In this document: one piece after another, positions 28,200-38,100 of the stretch | Position numbering within the stretch: position 1 is the stretch's first letter | Layout of the letters: every line of letters starts with the position of its first letter | NCBI GenBank assembly: GCA_029856155.1 | Contig: JAHQWL010000007.1 | Location: 1-64,000, forward strand | Direction: 5' to 3' | Length of the DNA: 64,000 nucleotides | Source: Promethearchaeia archaeon | GTDB lineage: Archaea > Asgardarchaeota > Lokiarchaeia > Sigyniarchaeales > SOKP01 | Translations under genes and position numbers: made by a program | The notes under the pieces: generated by a model | What the model was told of the DNA's origin: nothing | Database searches by the model: none | Seen by the model: only the letters and a program-made list of their open reading frames with translations

Positions 28200-29957
28200 T
28201 CATTGAATTGTTATTTCTTCTACCATTTTTGGTAATTCTCTTTTTCTAAGTTTTCGTAACAATTTCGAAAATTTTAAAGGTTTACCAGTATAATTAAGCT
28301 CTATCAACGCTTGTTCTTGATATGCGATAAATAATTTATTCGAAAAATCTTCCCAATTTCTACAAATTGCTAAAGTTTCTTCATCATTTCTTAGAAGACT
28401 ATCATGGGACATTATTCTTGTAAATTCTAAGGCATATTCTTCAATTATATCTGAGCGTGCACCATCTAGTAAATCTCTGCAAAATGCATCAGCAGTATAC
28501 CACTCTTTTACTCTTGAAAAATCTCGATGAATTTGAGTAAGAAGTACATTTCTGGGGCCTTCCCACAATTCCATAATCATAGAATCGCGATGTAATCGAG
28601 GAGTTGATAAGAAATCTTCCATTATGCCATGTCCTCCATAAAAGGAAATTGCTTTTCTTATCATTTTCGGCGCTTCATCGGCTACAACGATTTTTTGAAG
28701 CATAATCAATTCACGTAATCTAAATCTGCGTTTACGTTCCTCAAGATTTTCAATCTTTTCCAAATCTCTAATTCCACTTATTAGTCGCTCTTTAAAATAA
28801 ATGTATTCAGAATAAACTTTGAAAGTACCCGCAGCAGTTCTTTTTGCATAATGATCTAACTCATTTATTTGATTTATCATCATTGGAAAGGATGATATAG
28901 GTATATCAAAGGCTGTTCTAAATTGTGAATATAATATCGCTTCTCTTGCTACTCGTAGTGCTCCTGAGGCCATTCCAAAAGCAACATGGAGTCTCGATAA
29001 AGAAAGAACAATCCCAACTATATCAGCAAGGCCCATCTCAAGTGGACCCACTGGATATGCTATAGTACCATTATAAGTAATTTCTGCTGTTGGCAGTTCA
29101 GCAGTTCCTAATTTCTGCTTAAGTCTATCAATTGTGTAGGAATTTCTTATTTCTTTTTCTTTATTCCCTGGAAGCCAAGCAGGAACAGCAAATGCCGCTA
29201 CTTTAGTTGATGAATGAGTTTCTTTGGGTTTTGCAGTTACTATTTGATGGTCTGCTTGTGTTGCAGAACAAAAAAACTTCTGACCATATAGACGCCATAC
29301 ATTTGAATAACCATCTGGACCTTCATCCTCCTCAAATACAGCTTCAACTAGGTTTGCGGGCACATCGCTTCCACCCTGAATTTCACTAACAAATTGGGAT
29401 CCTAAACAATATTCACCATTTATACCATCTCTAATGGAAGTAAGGATATTTTTTGCTTCAGAACTCAAAGTATCTTCATACTTTTGCATAAGTTCAACCG
29501 CTCCATGGGTACATGCCACAGGACACATAACACCTGCTTCTCCGTTTTCATATAACAATAACATTTTAAAAAATCTACTCCATGCTGTATTTCTCGCGGG
29601 ATCAAAAAGTCCAATGCTGAACACTTCACGTTCTAAAATTTCAGTCTCTAAACATCGTTCTATGCGGTCTATCCTATGATTATGAGCATCAAAATGTTTC
29701 AACTTAGTAACTTTTGCCCTGTTTTCAAGTTCATTTGCTTTATCAGCAAGATTTCGAAATCTAAAGGAAACATAATCTGAAAGAGCTCGAAGATCTCTAT
29801 CAATTTTAGCATACTCATCTTGAGGGGCATACTTTTTAACAAGAGCTTGTAGAAACTCATCATCTTCATAATAATTAAAATGATTCCTAACAAATAAAAA
29901 ATCATCAAAAGTGTATGGATTATTTCGATTTCCTTCTTGAGCAGACAAATTTACCAC
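28200..29957 (-). CDS. Acyl-CoA dehydrogenase, AidB-like
   Basis: CPVACT, SEIQGGSDV, GQKFFCS, RLKQKLGT..PTAE, GGHGIMEDF, WEGPRNV. Confidence 0.88.
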   Translation of the reverse strand: MVNLSAQEGNRNNPYTFDDFLFVRNHFNYYEDDEFLQALVKKYAPQDEYAKIDRDLRALSDYVSFRFRNLADKANELENRAKVTKLKHFDAHNHRIDRIERCLETEILEREVFSIGLFDPARNTAWSRFFKMLLLYENGEAGVMCPVACTHGAVELMQKYEDTLSSEAKNILTSIRDGINGEYCLGSQFVSEIQGGSDVPANLVEAVFEEDEGPDGYSNVWRLYGQKFFCSATQADHQIVTAKPKETHSSTKVAAFAVPAWLPGNKEKEIRNSYTIDRLKQKLGTAELPTAEITYNGTIAYPVGPLEMGLADIVGIVLSLSRLHVAFGMASGALRVAREAILYSQFRTAFDIPISSFPMMINQINELDHYAKRTAAGTFKVYSEYIYFKERLISGIRDLEKIENLEERKRRFRLRELIMLQKIVVADEAPKMIRKAISFYGGHGIMEDFLSTPRLHRDSMIMELWEGPRNVLLTQIHRDFSRVKEWYTADAFCRDLLDGARSDIIEEYALEFTRIMSHDSLLRNDEETLAICRNWEDFSNKLFIAYQEQALIELNYTGKPLKFSKLLRKLRKRELPKMVEEITIQ

Positions 29958-30100
29958 ATATTTGAGTTAATTATTAGATACTTATTACTTGGATTTTAAA
30001 AAATATTTTTAATATATGTAATTAATGGATTAATCTTCATAAATTAAACCTTCTTTCTCAAAAATTAATAAGTTTCTAATGCACAAATATTAAAAAGTTT

Positions 30101-30916
30101 TTATTCAGCGTTAGGTTCTTCTGATTCTTCCTTATCATTTTCTTCTTCAGAGGAGTCCACCACTTTTGAACTATCACTTCGAGTTCTATTTGAAGATTGT
30201 GCTAGCTTTTTTACGTTAATTCTTTCAGATCTTTTAATTTCAGACTTTCTGGATCTTTTTACATCAACTTCCACAATCTCGAATTGATCGTCGGGAATTT
30301 CCTTATCCTCCCCTCCTTCAGGCATTGAAACTAATTTGCTCTTAATTATAACAGAGTTGGATAATGGATATATTGTTTTAGCAACACGTTGAATTTGATT
30401 TTGAAACTCACCGAAAATGATCCCAGCAATAAATTTCTCATGGTTCAAACTTTTTGCAAACTCTGATAATATCTCTCTCATAATTTTTCGAATTAATATC
30501 TGTTGACTACTTCTGGCTCTCTTTATAGTAGTACATAGCATCGTGATCCGAAAAATATATCCATCCTTTGTAGTTAAATTTTTAATCGTCTGGATTTTTG
30601 TGCTCCCCCTTCCAATAAGAGATCTAATAAAATCGTTTGTGTAACTATGCCCTTGGAATACAGTATTACATTTTTTCGCCTCTTCATTGATATCTGTAAT
30701 TTGAAATTTTAACTTCAAACTTATATCAGAATATTTTCCCGTAAAATCATATAATAAAGTCTCTAGAGTTCTTCCAATTAAAGTATCTTCCAAACCAATA
30801 ACTTCACCAATAGGTTTAAAGTTAAAGTTCTTACTGGCTACAATAGAGTACCAGTTTTTATCTTTAAAAGTAACTCTCTTTGTTTTTACTTTCTTTTTTC
30901 TTGTTCTTGAACTCAC
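30101..30916 (-). CDS. rps3ae: 30S ribosomal protein S3Ae (eS1) with charged C-terminal extension
   Basis: KNWYSI, LIGRTLET, DFIRSLIGRGSTKI, IRKIM, IYPL; GTG start after GGAGG. Confidence 0.93.
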   Translation of the reverse strand: MSSRTRKKKVKTKRVTFKDKNWYSIVASKNFNFKPIGEVIGLEDTLIGRTLETLLYDFTGKYSDISLKLKFQITDINEEAKKCNTVFQGHSYTNDFIRSLIGRGSTKIQTIKNLTTKDGYIFRITMLCTTIKRARSSQQILIRKIMREILSEFAKSLNHEKFIAGIIFGEFQNQIQRVAKTIYPLSNSVIIKSKLVSMPEGGEDKEIPDDQFEIVEVDVKRSRKSEIKRSERINVKKLAQSSNRTRSDSSKVVDSSEEENDKEESEEPNAE

Positions 30917-30930
30917 TTTAAATCCTCCAT

Positions 30931-31389
30931 TTATCTTGCTACTAATGTTCTTATCTTTTCGACATCGTATTTGAAATCTTGAGGCAGTATCTTTTTCTTT
31001 TTGTAGTATTTTATTAGTCTATAGATTTTACTTTCAGTCCTTTGTAATCCTTTTCTCCCCTCTAGATCTTTGTGGTTTGTTTCGAGATGTTTTCTTATAG
31101 ATAAGGCTTTCCGTACTAAATTTGCTAATTGTTCTGGCAAAGGTGTATCAATCTCATTTTCTTTGAGAATCTGGCTAATTTTTTTACCAGCAACAACTTT
31201 AACTAACGGTACACCCCGAGAATCTCTCATTATAGTACCGATCATAGATTTTGAGTGTCCTTTTCTTGCGAGTCTAACTACTTCGCTTTCAACTTCCTCG
31301 GGTGAGAGTTCTATCCATACAGGTTTTTCCAATCTAGCAGGTCTAGTTGACCCACTACGTCCCTTTTTTCTACTGTGCATCCGGGCCAT
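30931..31389 (-). CDS. rps15p: 30S ribosomal protein uS15 (S15P/S13e)
   Basis: MARMHSRKKGRSGSTRP, IGTIMRDSRGVP, ESKIYRLIKYYK. Confidence 0.97.
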   Translation of the reverse strand: MARMHSRKKGRSGSTRPARLEKPVWIELSPEEVESEVVRLARKGHSKSMIGTIMRDSRGVPLVKVVAGKKISQILKENEIDTPLPEQLANLVRKALSIRKHLETNHKDLEGRKGLQRTESKIYRLIKYYKKKKILPQDFKYDVEKIRTLVAR

Positions 31390-31572
31390 TTCTAATTTTA
31401 TTCTCCTGTGTTTTACAGATTAATACTGAGATTAAAAATATAACGATTTAACATAATTAAAGAAGTATACAAAATAAAATTTTGTAATTTTATTTAATGT
31501 AAAAGAGAAATCCAATATAATATTGCTTGTTCAATTAGTTTTGATTATTAATTATTTAAAATTATAATAATT

Positions 31573-32163
31573 ATGAAACAAGAAGAAAATATTATTTATT
31601 TTGTAACTGGAAATATCCATAAATTTAACGAGATTTCCGTTCTTTTCTCGAAAGCCAATATTAAATACAATTTAATACAAGAGGAAATTAAAACAATTGA
31701 AATTCAGGCAAATAATATAAAAGAAGTAGCTTCATTTAAACTAAATAGCATAAAGGGAAAAATAAATGGTTCGTATTTCATAGAAGATGCCGGATTTTTT
31801 GTTGATATACCTCTCAATGGTTTCCCAGGAGTTTATTCCTCTTATATCATGAAAACCATTGGTAATAAAGGAATTTTGAGATTAATAGATGATTTTGAGA
31901 GTACTCAAGCTCATTTCACCTCAGTAATAGCTCTTTATTTTAAACCTTATGATAAAAACTTCTTTTTTGAAGGAAGTGTTTATGGGAAAGTTTCAGAAAC
32001 AATAAGAGGTTCGGGAGGTTTTGGATTTGATCCTATTTTCTTACCTGACCTCATGCCAAGTAAGACATTTGCAGAGTTATCTATTGAAGAAAAAAATAAG
32101 ATATCTCATAGGGGGATTGCTTGGACTAGATTTATTAAATTCCTAAGAGAAAATTATATTTAA
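31573..32163 (+). CDS. rdgB: XTP/dITP diphosphatase (HAM1/RdgB)
   Basis: TGNIHK, EDAG, GFPGVYS, GFGFDPIF, KNKISHRG. Confidence 0.95.
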   Translation: MKQEENIIYFVTGNIHKFNEISVLFSKANIKYNLIQEEIKTIEIQANNIKEVASFKLNSIKGKINGSYFIEDAGFFVDIPLNGFPGVYSSYIMKTIGNKGILRLIDDFESTQAHFTSVIALYFKPYDKNFFFEGSVYGKVSETIRGSGGFGFDPIFLPDLMPSKTFAELSIEEKNKISHRGIAWTRFIKFLRENYI

Positions 32164-32189
32164 TATTTATTTTTCAATCAAGATTTATT

Positions 32190-35165
32190 TTAAAAAGTCT
32201 GTCTGAAAATATCCATTATGGACTTTTTATAAAAATATTTGATTAAAATTATATAAGTTCCTAAAAATGCTATAGAAATTGATAATATAAACACACGAAG
32301 TAAGGTGTCCCAAGGAACCGTGAAAATAACAGGCATTTCTGTCATTAGCGCCATTGTACTTTCGAGTAGATAAGCTGTAAAAGTGCCAATAATTGTTCCC
32401 ATAATACCAGCAGCAAGTAATATAGTCATACTTTCAATTAGAAACATGTTTCTGACATTTCTAACTTTCATACCCATGGACCGAAGGATTCCAATTTCGA
32501 ACTTTCTCTCTATTACAATTGCGTACATACTACTTACTAATCCAAAAATACTTATCATTATTGTAAACATTAGTATTAATTCCATAAGGAAACTTTGTCT
32601 TTCTGTCATCGATTCCATGAAATTTATTTTAGAAATTGCATCATCAATAAGTATATTTTTTTCTTGATATATCAATCGGATATCATCTTTAGTTTCTTCA
32701 ATATTTTCCTCAGTTCTGTCAATCAAATTGATAAAAATTTTATCCACAATCATATTGCTCTCTCCAGGATTATCAACTTTCATTAAACGCATGTAATTAT
32801 CTAATGAAACCATTACACCACCTCCGCTAGCAGTCATCTCGTTAGTCCTGAAATTATAAAAACCCGGAATTCCCCCTGAAATTCCTACAACCCTAAATAT
32901 CGTTACATTACCGGGATGATCTTCTATTTGTGGATCATAGAAAGTTATTCTTATATATTCTCCTACATCCTGGATACCAAGTCTGCTTGCAATAGATTTC
33001 GCAATAATACATGTATTATTATGGGAAAACAATTCATTGAAGGAATATGAAGTGCTACTTCTATCACTTTTCCATACTAATAAATTTTCATCAATTAAAT
33101 CAACAAAATCTTCATTAACACCTATAAATCCCGCATCAACAACATCAAAATCCATTAAATCTCCTGCTGTGGTTTTGAATTTAACTTCTTCTATAGCTGT
33201 ATAGAATTGAAACATACCCATCATCATTGCTTCTGTTCCTCCACCTGAAAAACCTACTTGTCCCTCACTCACTTCAAAAATCGCTGCTAAAGTAGCCTGG
33301 ATATCGAATGTATTATGAAGTGAAATTGCTAATTTATCAACCCCAGCTAGGTTTCTCAAATCTTCTGCCATTTCAAGAGTAAGGGCACTCTCAGGGCTAT
33401 ACAATTCTTGATTCACTAAAACTAAATCTGATCCATATTGAAACTTTAAGTTTAAAGCTGTATTTTCTGATTCCATTCTAACTACACTTGTTAGGAAAAA
33501 GATAAATGAAAAACTAATAGCAAACATAAGAACAGTACTAATATTGCGCCTTCTATATCGTTTTAATGAAATTCCTATTATACTACTATATTTTCTTATT
33601 GCTGGTGAGATTATTCCTAAAAAGATTCTCTGAATTAATGGTATTATTCCCACTGAAGCAAAAACTAACCCGATTACTATAGCAGCAAGCAAACCAATAA
33701 AAAGACCGGTTGTTAGCATGAAATCACCAGTCACAAAAATATTTGGTAATAAAACGAAGACTATTAATCCAATAGCAGCGATCGATATTCCAGCAAGAAA
33801 ACTTTTAATGTTCATACTCCCTTCTTTTTTAATTTCCCAACCTTCTTCTTTAGTTTGAAAAGGAGTAATGGATTTAATAATATCCAACTTTGCAGTTCTA
33901 AGAGCAGGTATTAGAGCTACTCCTAAAGATACTAAAATCCCTATTGAAAAGGATAAAATGAGGGTATCAGGTTGAATAACCCATTCCACTTCGGTAAACT
34001 CAAATTGAAATTGATATAGAGGAAATAAAGATTGCGCTATCGGTCTCATTAATGTAAATCCTAGTATCATTCCTATAATAGATCCAAATAATCCTAACAT
34101 AAAACCTTCAAATAAAACCATTTTCATAGGATAGACTTTTTTACTCCCAACCACTCTGACAATGCCAAATTCTCTAACTCTTTCTTCTGCTGAGGTTGAT
34201 AGTATACTATTTATTAAAATACCTGTTATAAGCATTGAAATGATTATTATAAACCAAAACATTATTGTTACCATCATTAACATAAATTCACCACTTTCAA
34301 GTTCCTCTAATTTTGGTAAGGTTACAGAAAATTCGTTAATATCCAGCCTTTCTTGTATCCTTGTACTAATTATTCTCAATCTTCTTGTTGTTAATGTTAA
34401 ATCACTTGCATCATAAACACCTTTGGGATTTTTAATAGTTCCAGCTACATAATTAATCTGGTTTTCTCTTTGTAAAAAATCTTGAGCTTGCTGTAAATTA
34501 ACAAGAATTAAAGATGTTTCAAATTGCATAAATTTAAGTTCTTGGATGCAAATTTCTGTAACTGTTAAACTTAATTCATAAGTTTGATATTCTAAATGTA
34601 TTGTATCTCCCTTGCTAACATTAAGAATCTCTGCAACATTCCTTAATAAGACACATTCACCATCATCTGGTTCATCGTCATAGATTTCATTTGTTTCTTT
34701 TCCTTCATCATCCACTATGAATAAAGCACCCAAATTACCATTTTCCGCTTCTTTTATGAAATCAAGCCCATATAATTGCAAGAAATAGCTAGAGTTGACA
34801 TTTTCTGATGTTGTCGTTACTAACATCATAATTCTTGGAAATAATTCATCAACACCCTCAATATCCTTTAATTCATTATTAATAATGTTTTCATCATAGA
34901 AAGGATCAAACGTTAAATCTGTCTGAAATGTTCGAGTTATTAGTATATCATTCTTTCCTGTAGTTGATGTAACATATAAGAGATAATTATAATTTACTGT
35001 ATCATTTAACATTCCAATAACAGTCAATAAAAATAATGAAATAGCAATACCACTTATCCCGAATATAACTTTTGCTTTATCTCGCTTGAGATCAAGCCAG
35101 GACTGCTTGATAAATTGTAGATTTATCCGCTTTCTCAGCTTATAAAGAAAATTTCTTATCTCCAT
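32190..35165 (-). CDS. FtsX/MacB-type (type VII) ABC permease, duplicated architecture (about 10 TM)
   Basis: Two FtsX domains (EERVREFGIVRVVG; IERKFEIGILRSMG), each preceded by a large extracytoplasmic domain. Confidence 0.9.
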   Translation of the reverse strand: MEIRNFLYKLRKRINLQFIKQSWLDLKRDKAKVIFGISGIAISLFLLTVIGMLNDTVNYNYLLYVTSTTGKNDILITRTFQTDLTFDPFYDENIINNELKDIEGVDELFPRIMMLVTTTSENVNSSYFLQLYGLDFIKEAENGNLGALFIVDDEGKETNEIYDDEPDDGECVLLRNVAEILNVSKGDTIHLEYQTYELSLTVTEICIQELKFMQFETSLILVNLQQAQDFLQRENQINYVAGTIKNPKGVYDASDLTLTTRRLRIISTRIQERLDINEFSVTLPKLEELESGEFMLMMVTIMFWFIIIISMLITGILINSILSTSAEERVREFGIVRVVGSKKVYPMKMVLFEGFMLGLFGSIIGMILGFTLMRPIAQSLFPLYQFQFEFTEVEWVIQPDTLILSFSIGILVSLGVALIPALRTAKLDIIKSITPFQTKEEGWEIKKEGSMNIKSFLAGISIAAIGLIVFVLLPNIFVTGDFMLTTGLFIGLLAAIVIGLVFASVGIIPLIQRIFLGIISPAIRKYSSIIGISLKRYRRRNISTVLMFAISFSFIFFLTSVVRMESENTALNLKFQYGSDLVLVNQELYSPESALTLEMAEDLRNLAGVDKLAISLHNTFDIQATLAAIFEVSEGQVGFSGGGTEAMMMGMFQFYTAIEEVKFKTTAGDLMDFDVVDAGFIGVNEDFVDLIDENLLVWKSDRSSTSYSFNELFSHNNTCIIAKSIASRLGIQDVGEYIRITFYDPQIEDHPGNVTIFRVVGISGGIPGFYNFRTNEMTASGGGVMVSLDNYMRLMKVDNPGESNMIVDKIFINLIDRTEENIEETKDDIRLIYQEKNILIDDAISKINFMESMTERQSFLMELILMFTIMISIFGLVSSMYAIVIERKFEIGILRSMGMKVRNVRNMFLIESMTILLAAGIMGTIIGTFTAYLLESTMALMTEMPVIFTVPWDTLLRVFILSISIAFLGTYIILIKYFYKKSIMDIFRQTF

Positions 35166-35196
35166 GCTTTTTTATTGTCAATTTTTATTTTTTATT

Positions 35197-38100
35197 TTAA
35201 ATATCTAAAATACTAAATTTTTTCTTCTTACTCTTAAATTTTTTCAGAACCTTTCCCTCTTTAGCTAAAATTTCTCGAATTTCTTCTCTTTCCCGCCTAA
35301 TTAATCTCACACCTTCACATGTTTTATTTTTACAATAATAATTTTCCCCAGGTTCATCCTTAAAATACCATTTTTTACAGTTTTCACATAAGTATGCAGA
35401 ATAAATTTGATCATGCTCACAAACTGGACACATAAAATCAAATTTCGTCGATGAAAACCAAGATCTACATGATTTACAGTATAATGTTAATGGTCTTGCT
35501 AGTTCCTCTTCATGTTGAATTAATTCTATTCGTTTTATTACTTGATTCTTATCAATTTCTTTCATTCTTATTTTCTCAGCACGACTATCCTTTATTCTGC
35601 CAATCCAAATTTTACCCTTTTTCTCTGAGATAATATAAATAAGAATTCCAATAACAATAACAGATGCAATTATAATTATATATGGACCCCATGTGCTCCA
35701 CCACTTCATATTATTGACATTAACTATTATAAGTTCCTCTCCTATATTTCCTTCAATATCAAAAGCTACTACTTTAACTTCATATGTCCCATCATTATAC
35801 TTTTTAGTATCCCAATTAAACTCTAAAATATGTGTTGTACTATTAAATGTGAGTTTATTTCTGTCTACACTCTTACCATTAAGATAAATATAAATTCTTG
35901 ACTCATCTAATCCGATATTATCAGTTATATTTGCAGTGATCAATATTTTTGATTTGACAGTTATATCAGGCGTAGGATTAATTATTTGAATTTCGGGATG
36001 TATAAAATCAGTAGATTTATCATACCCAATATAGATATTTGATAATAACCATCCATATCCTAAACCAATTACATTATTATTTGAATCTAATGTGAACTTT
36101 ATCATTATGTCTTCATTAGAATATTTGGAGATATCAATTTTACTACTTCCAAATAGATCTTCACTGTCATACGTAAATTCCTTTAAGACAATCCAAGTCT
36201 CACCAAAATCTTTTGATAATGAAACAATACATTTATCTAATTGATCTGTAGGTTGATAATATTCATTTTGCAAAGAAATTTCATAATCGAATTCTAAATA
36301 AACTTTATATTCACTTTCTAAATGTAGTGGATGAGTAACTAGACTTATATTCCAATTGGGACCATAACCTTGCTCAACACCCCCATAACTTAGACCAATC
36401 CCTCCATAAAGTAGAGGATTTCCATATCGGATTATTGGATGCCAAGTATTATCTCCTCTAAACCACGCAGTTGCTTCTTTTGGAGGCGGAGTACCCGATA
36501 CATAGTAATTAGATAGATCTGTATTTGAAAAATTATATCCTATATATTTATTGTCCATATAAGTATTAAATTGCAGAGGATTGGGATTAATGAATTCAAA
36601 AAGAGAATTATTTTTATTATACCATGAAGTTGTAATTATATTCAATCCATCTGAAACATGGAACCTAAAGGACTGATTTGAGATTTCTTCTAATAATAAG
36701 GATTTTATAAAATAAATACCATGATCTCCCAAGATATTAGAGCTTGCATTCCAATCACCAAAAATATTATACATAGTGTAATTCACATTACTCATCTCCA
36801 AATAGATAAAATTGGGATAGTTATTATCCAAATCAAAATATTCACATGAAAATGTATATTTCTGGTATTTCGAATCTTGGGTTGAGGAAATATCTTTATT
36901 TAGATTGAAATATATTGAAGGTGAATTTTGATTAGTATAATTTTCAATAGCAAAATAATCTATAATAAATCCTTTATAATTTCTTGAATCCGAAGTATCA
37001 TCCAGATTAGTTTGAAACCTAAATTGGATAAAATTTCCAATAAATTGAGTTAAATTAATTTCTTCCAAAAACCATTCATCTTCTATATCCGTGTATGTTC
37101 TTAATGTTATCCAACCTGTCCAATTTAAGTTTATTTGTAAAAAAATAAAGTCTCCAGCATTTATACTTGTTCTTAATCCAAATTTTACATAAGGATTTGT
37201 AGTATTTTCATTAACATTTGTTAAGTTAAACAAAGGACTAATTAAGGAACCATTTGGGAATGGATCTGCAGTTAAGCTAATAGGTTGATATGTATAATTT
37301 CTTGGATAATTATGATAAGTTCCAAAATATAAAGAATTCCATAAATTCTCGTAAATTCTCGATCTATTATCAATTTCGTTACTCTGTTTAAGTAATTTCC
37401 ATCCCGTACCTGTATAACTCCAATTACCAAACCCTTCATTAAAACTATATTGATATGGGAATTGAATACTATCCGTAGGAAACTCAATCGTTATGTTAAG
37501 GTATTGCGTTTCTGGATATTTTGTCTTAAATTTACCATCACTAGCGGTGAAAAAATAATGATATAATCCTGGTTTAGGAAATTGAATATAATCACTTATA
37601 AATAAAGCTCCATCAGTATAATTGTTATCAGGAGGGTAATATTGAGTTAATGTATAGTTTTCAGAAGTCTCTATAATGGACACATATACTTCTTGCGGAG
37701 GAACGTTGGAAGAATCATTATCATAATATTCAATATAAAACCGATAACTATCGATACTGTAGTTCTTTTTTGGTTCATTTCCCATAAATTCTTGAAGACT
37801 CATGATTGTTATATTTTTAGAACCCCCAATATAGCTTATTTCGGGTATTCCTAATTCTGGTTTAAAATGATTTTCTACTGTAGAAATATTCAATGTAAAA
37901 TCGCTACTACCGCTAACTGCTTTAATAACAATTACACAATTAGTTTGATCTACTTTTGGAGTAAAATAAAAATAGGTAAAATTACCAAACATCTTTCGAG
38001 AAGATTCTAAAAGGATTGGTTCTCCATATTGATCTGATCTATTCGAATACAAAAACATATCAAAATTAGCAAAAAAATTTGATACATCTAAATTAAATAC

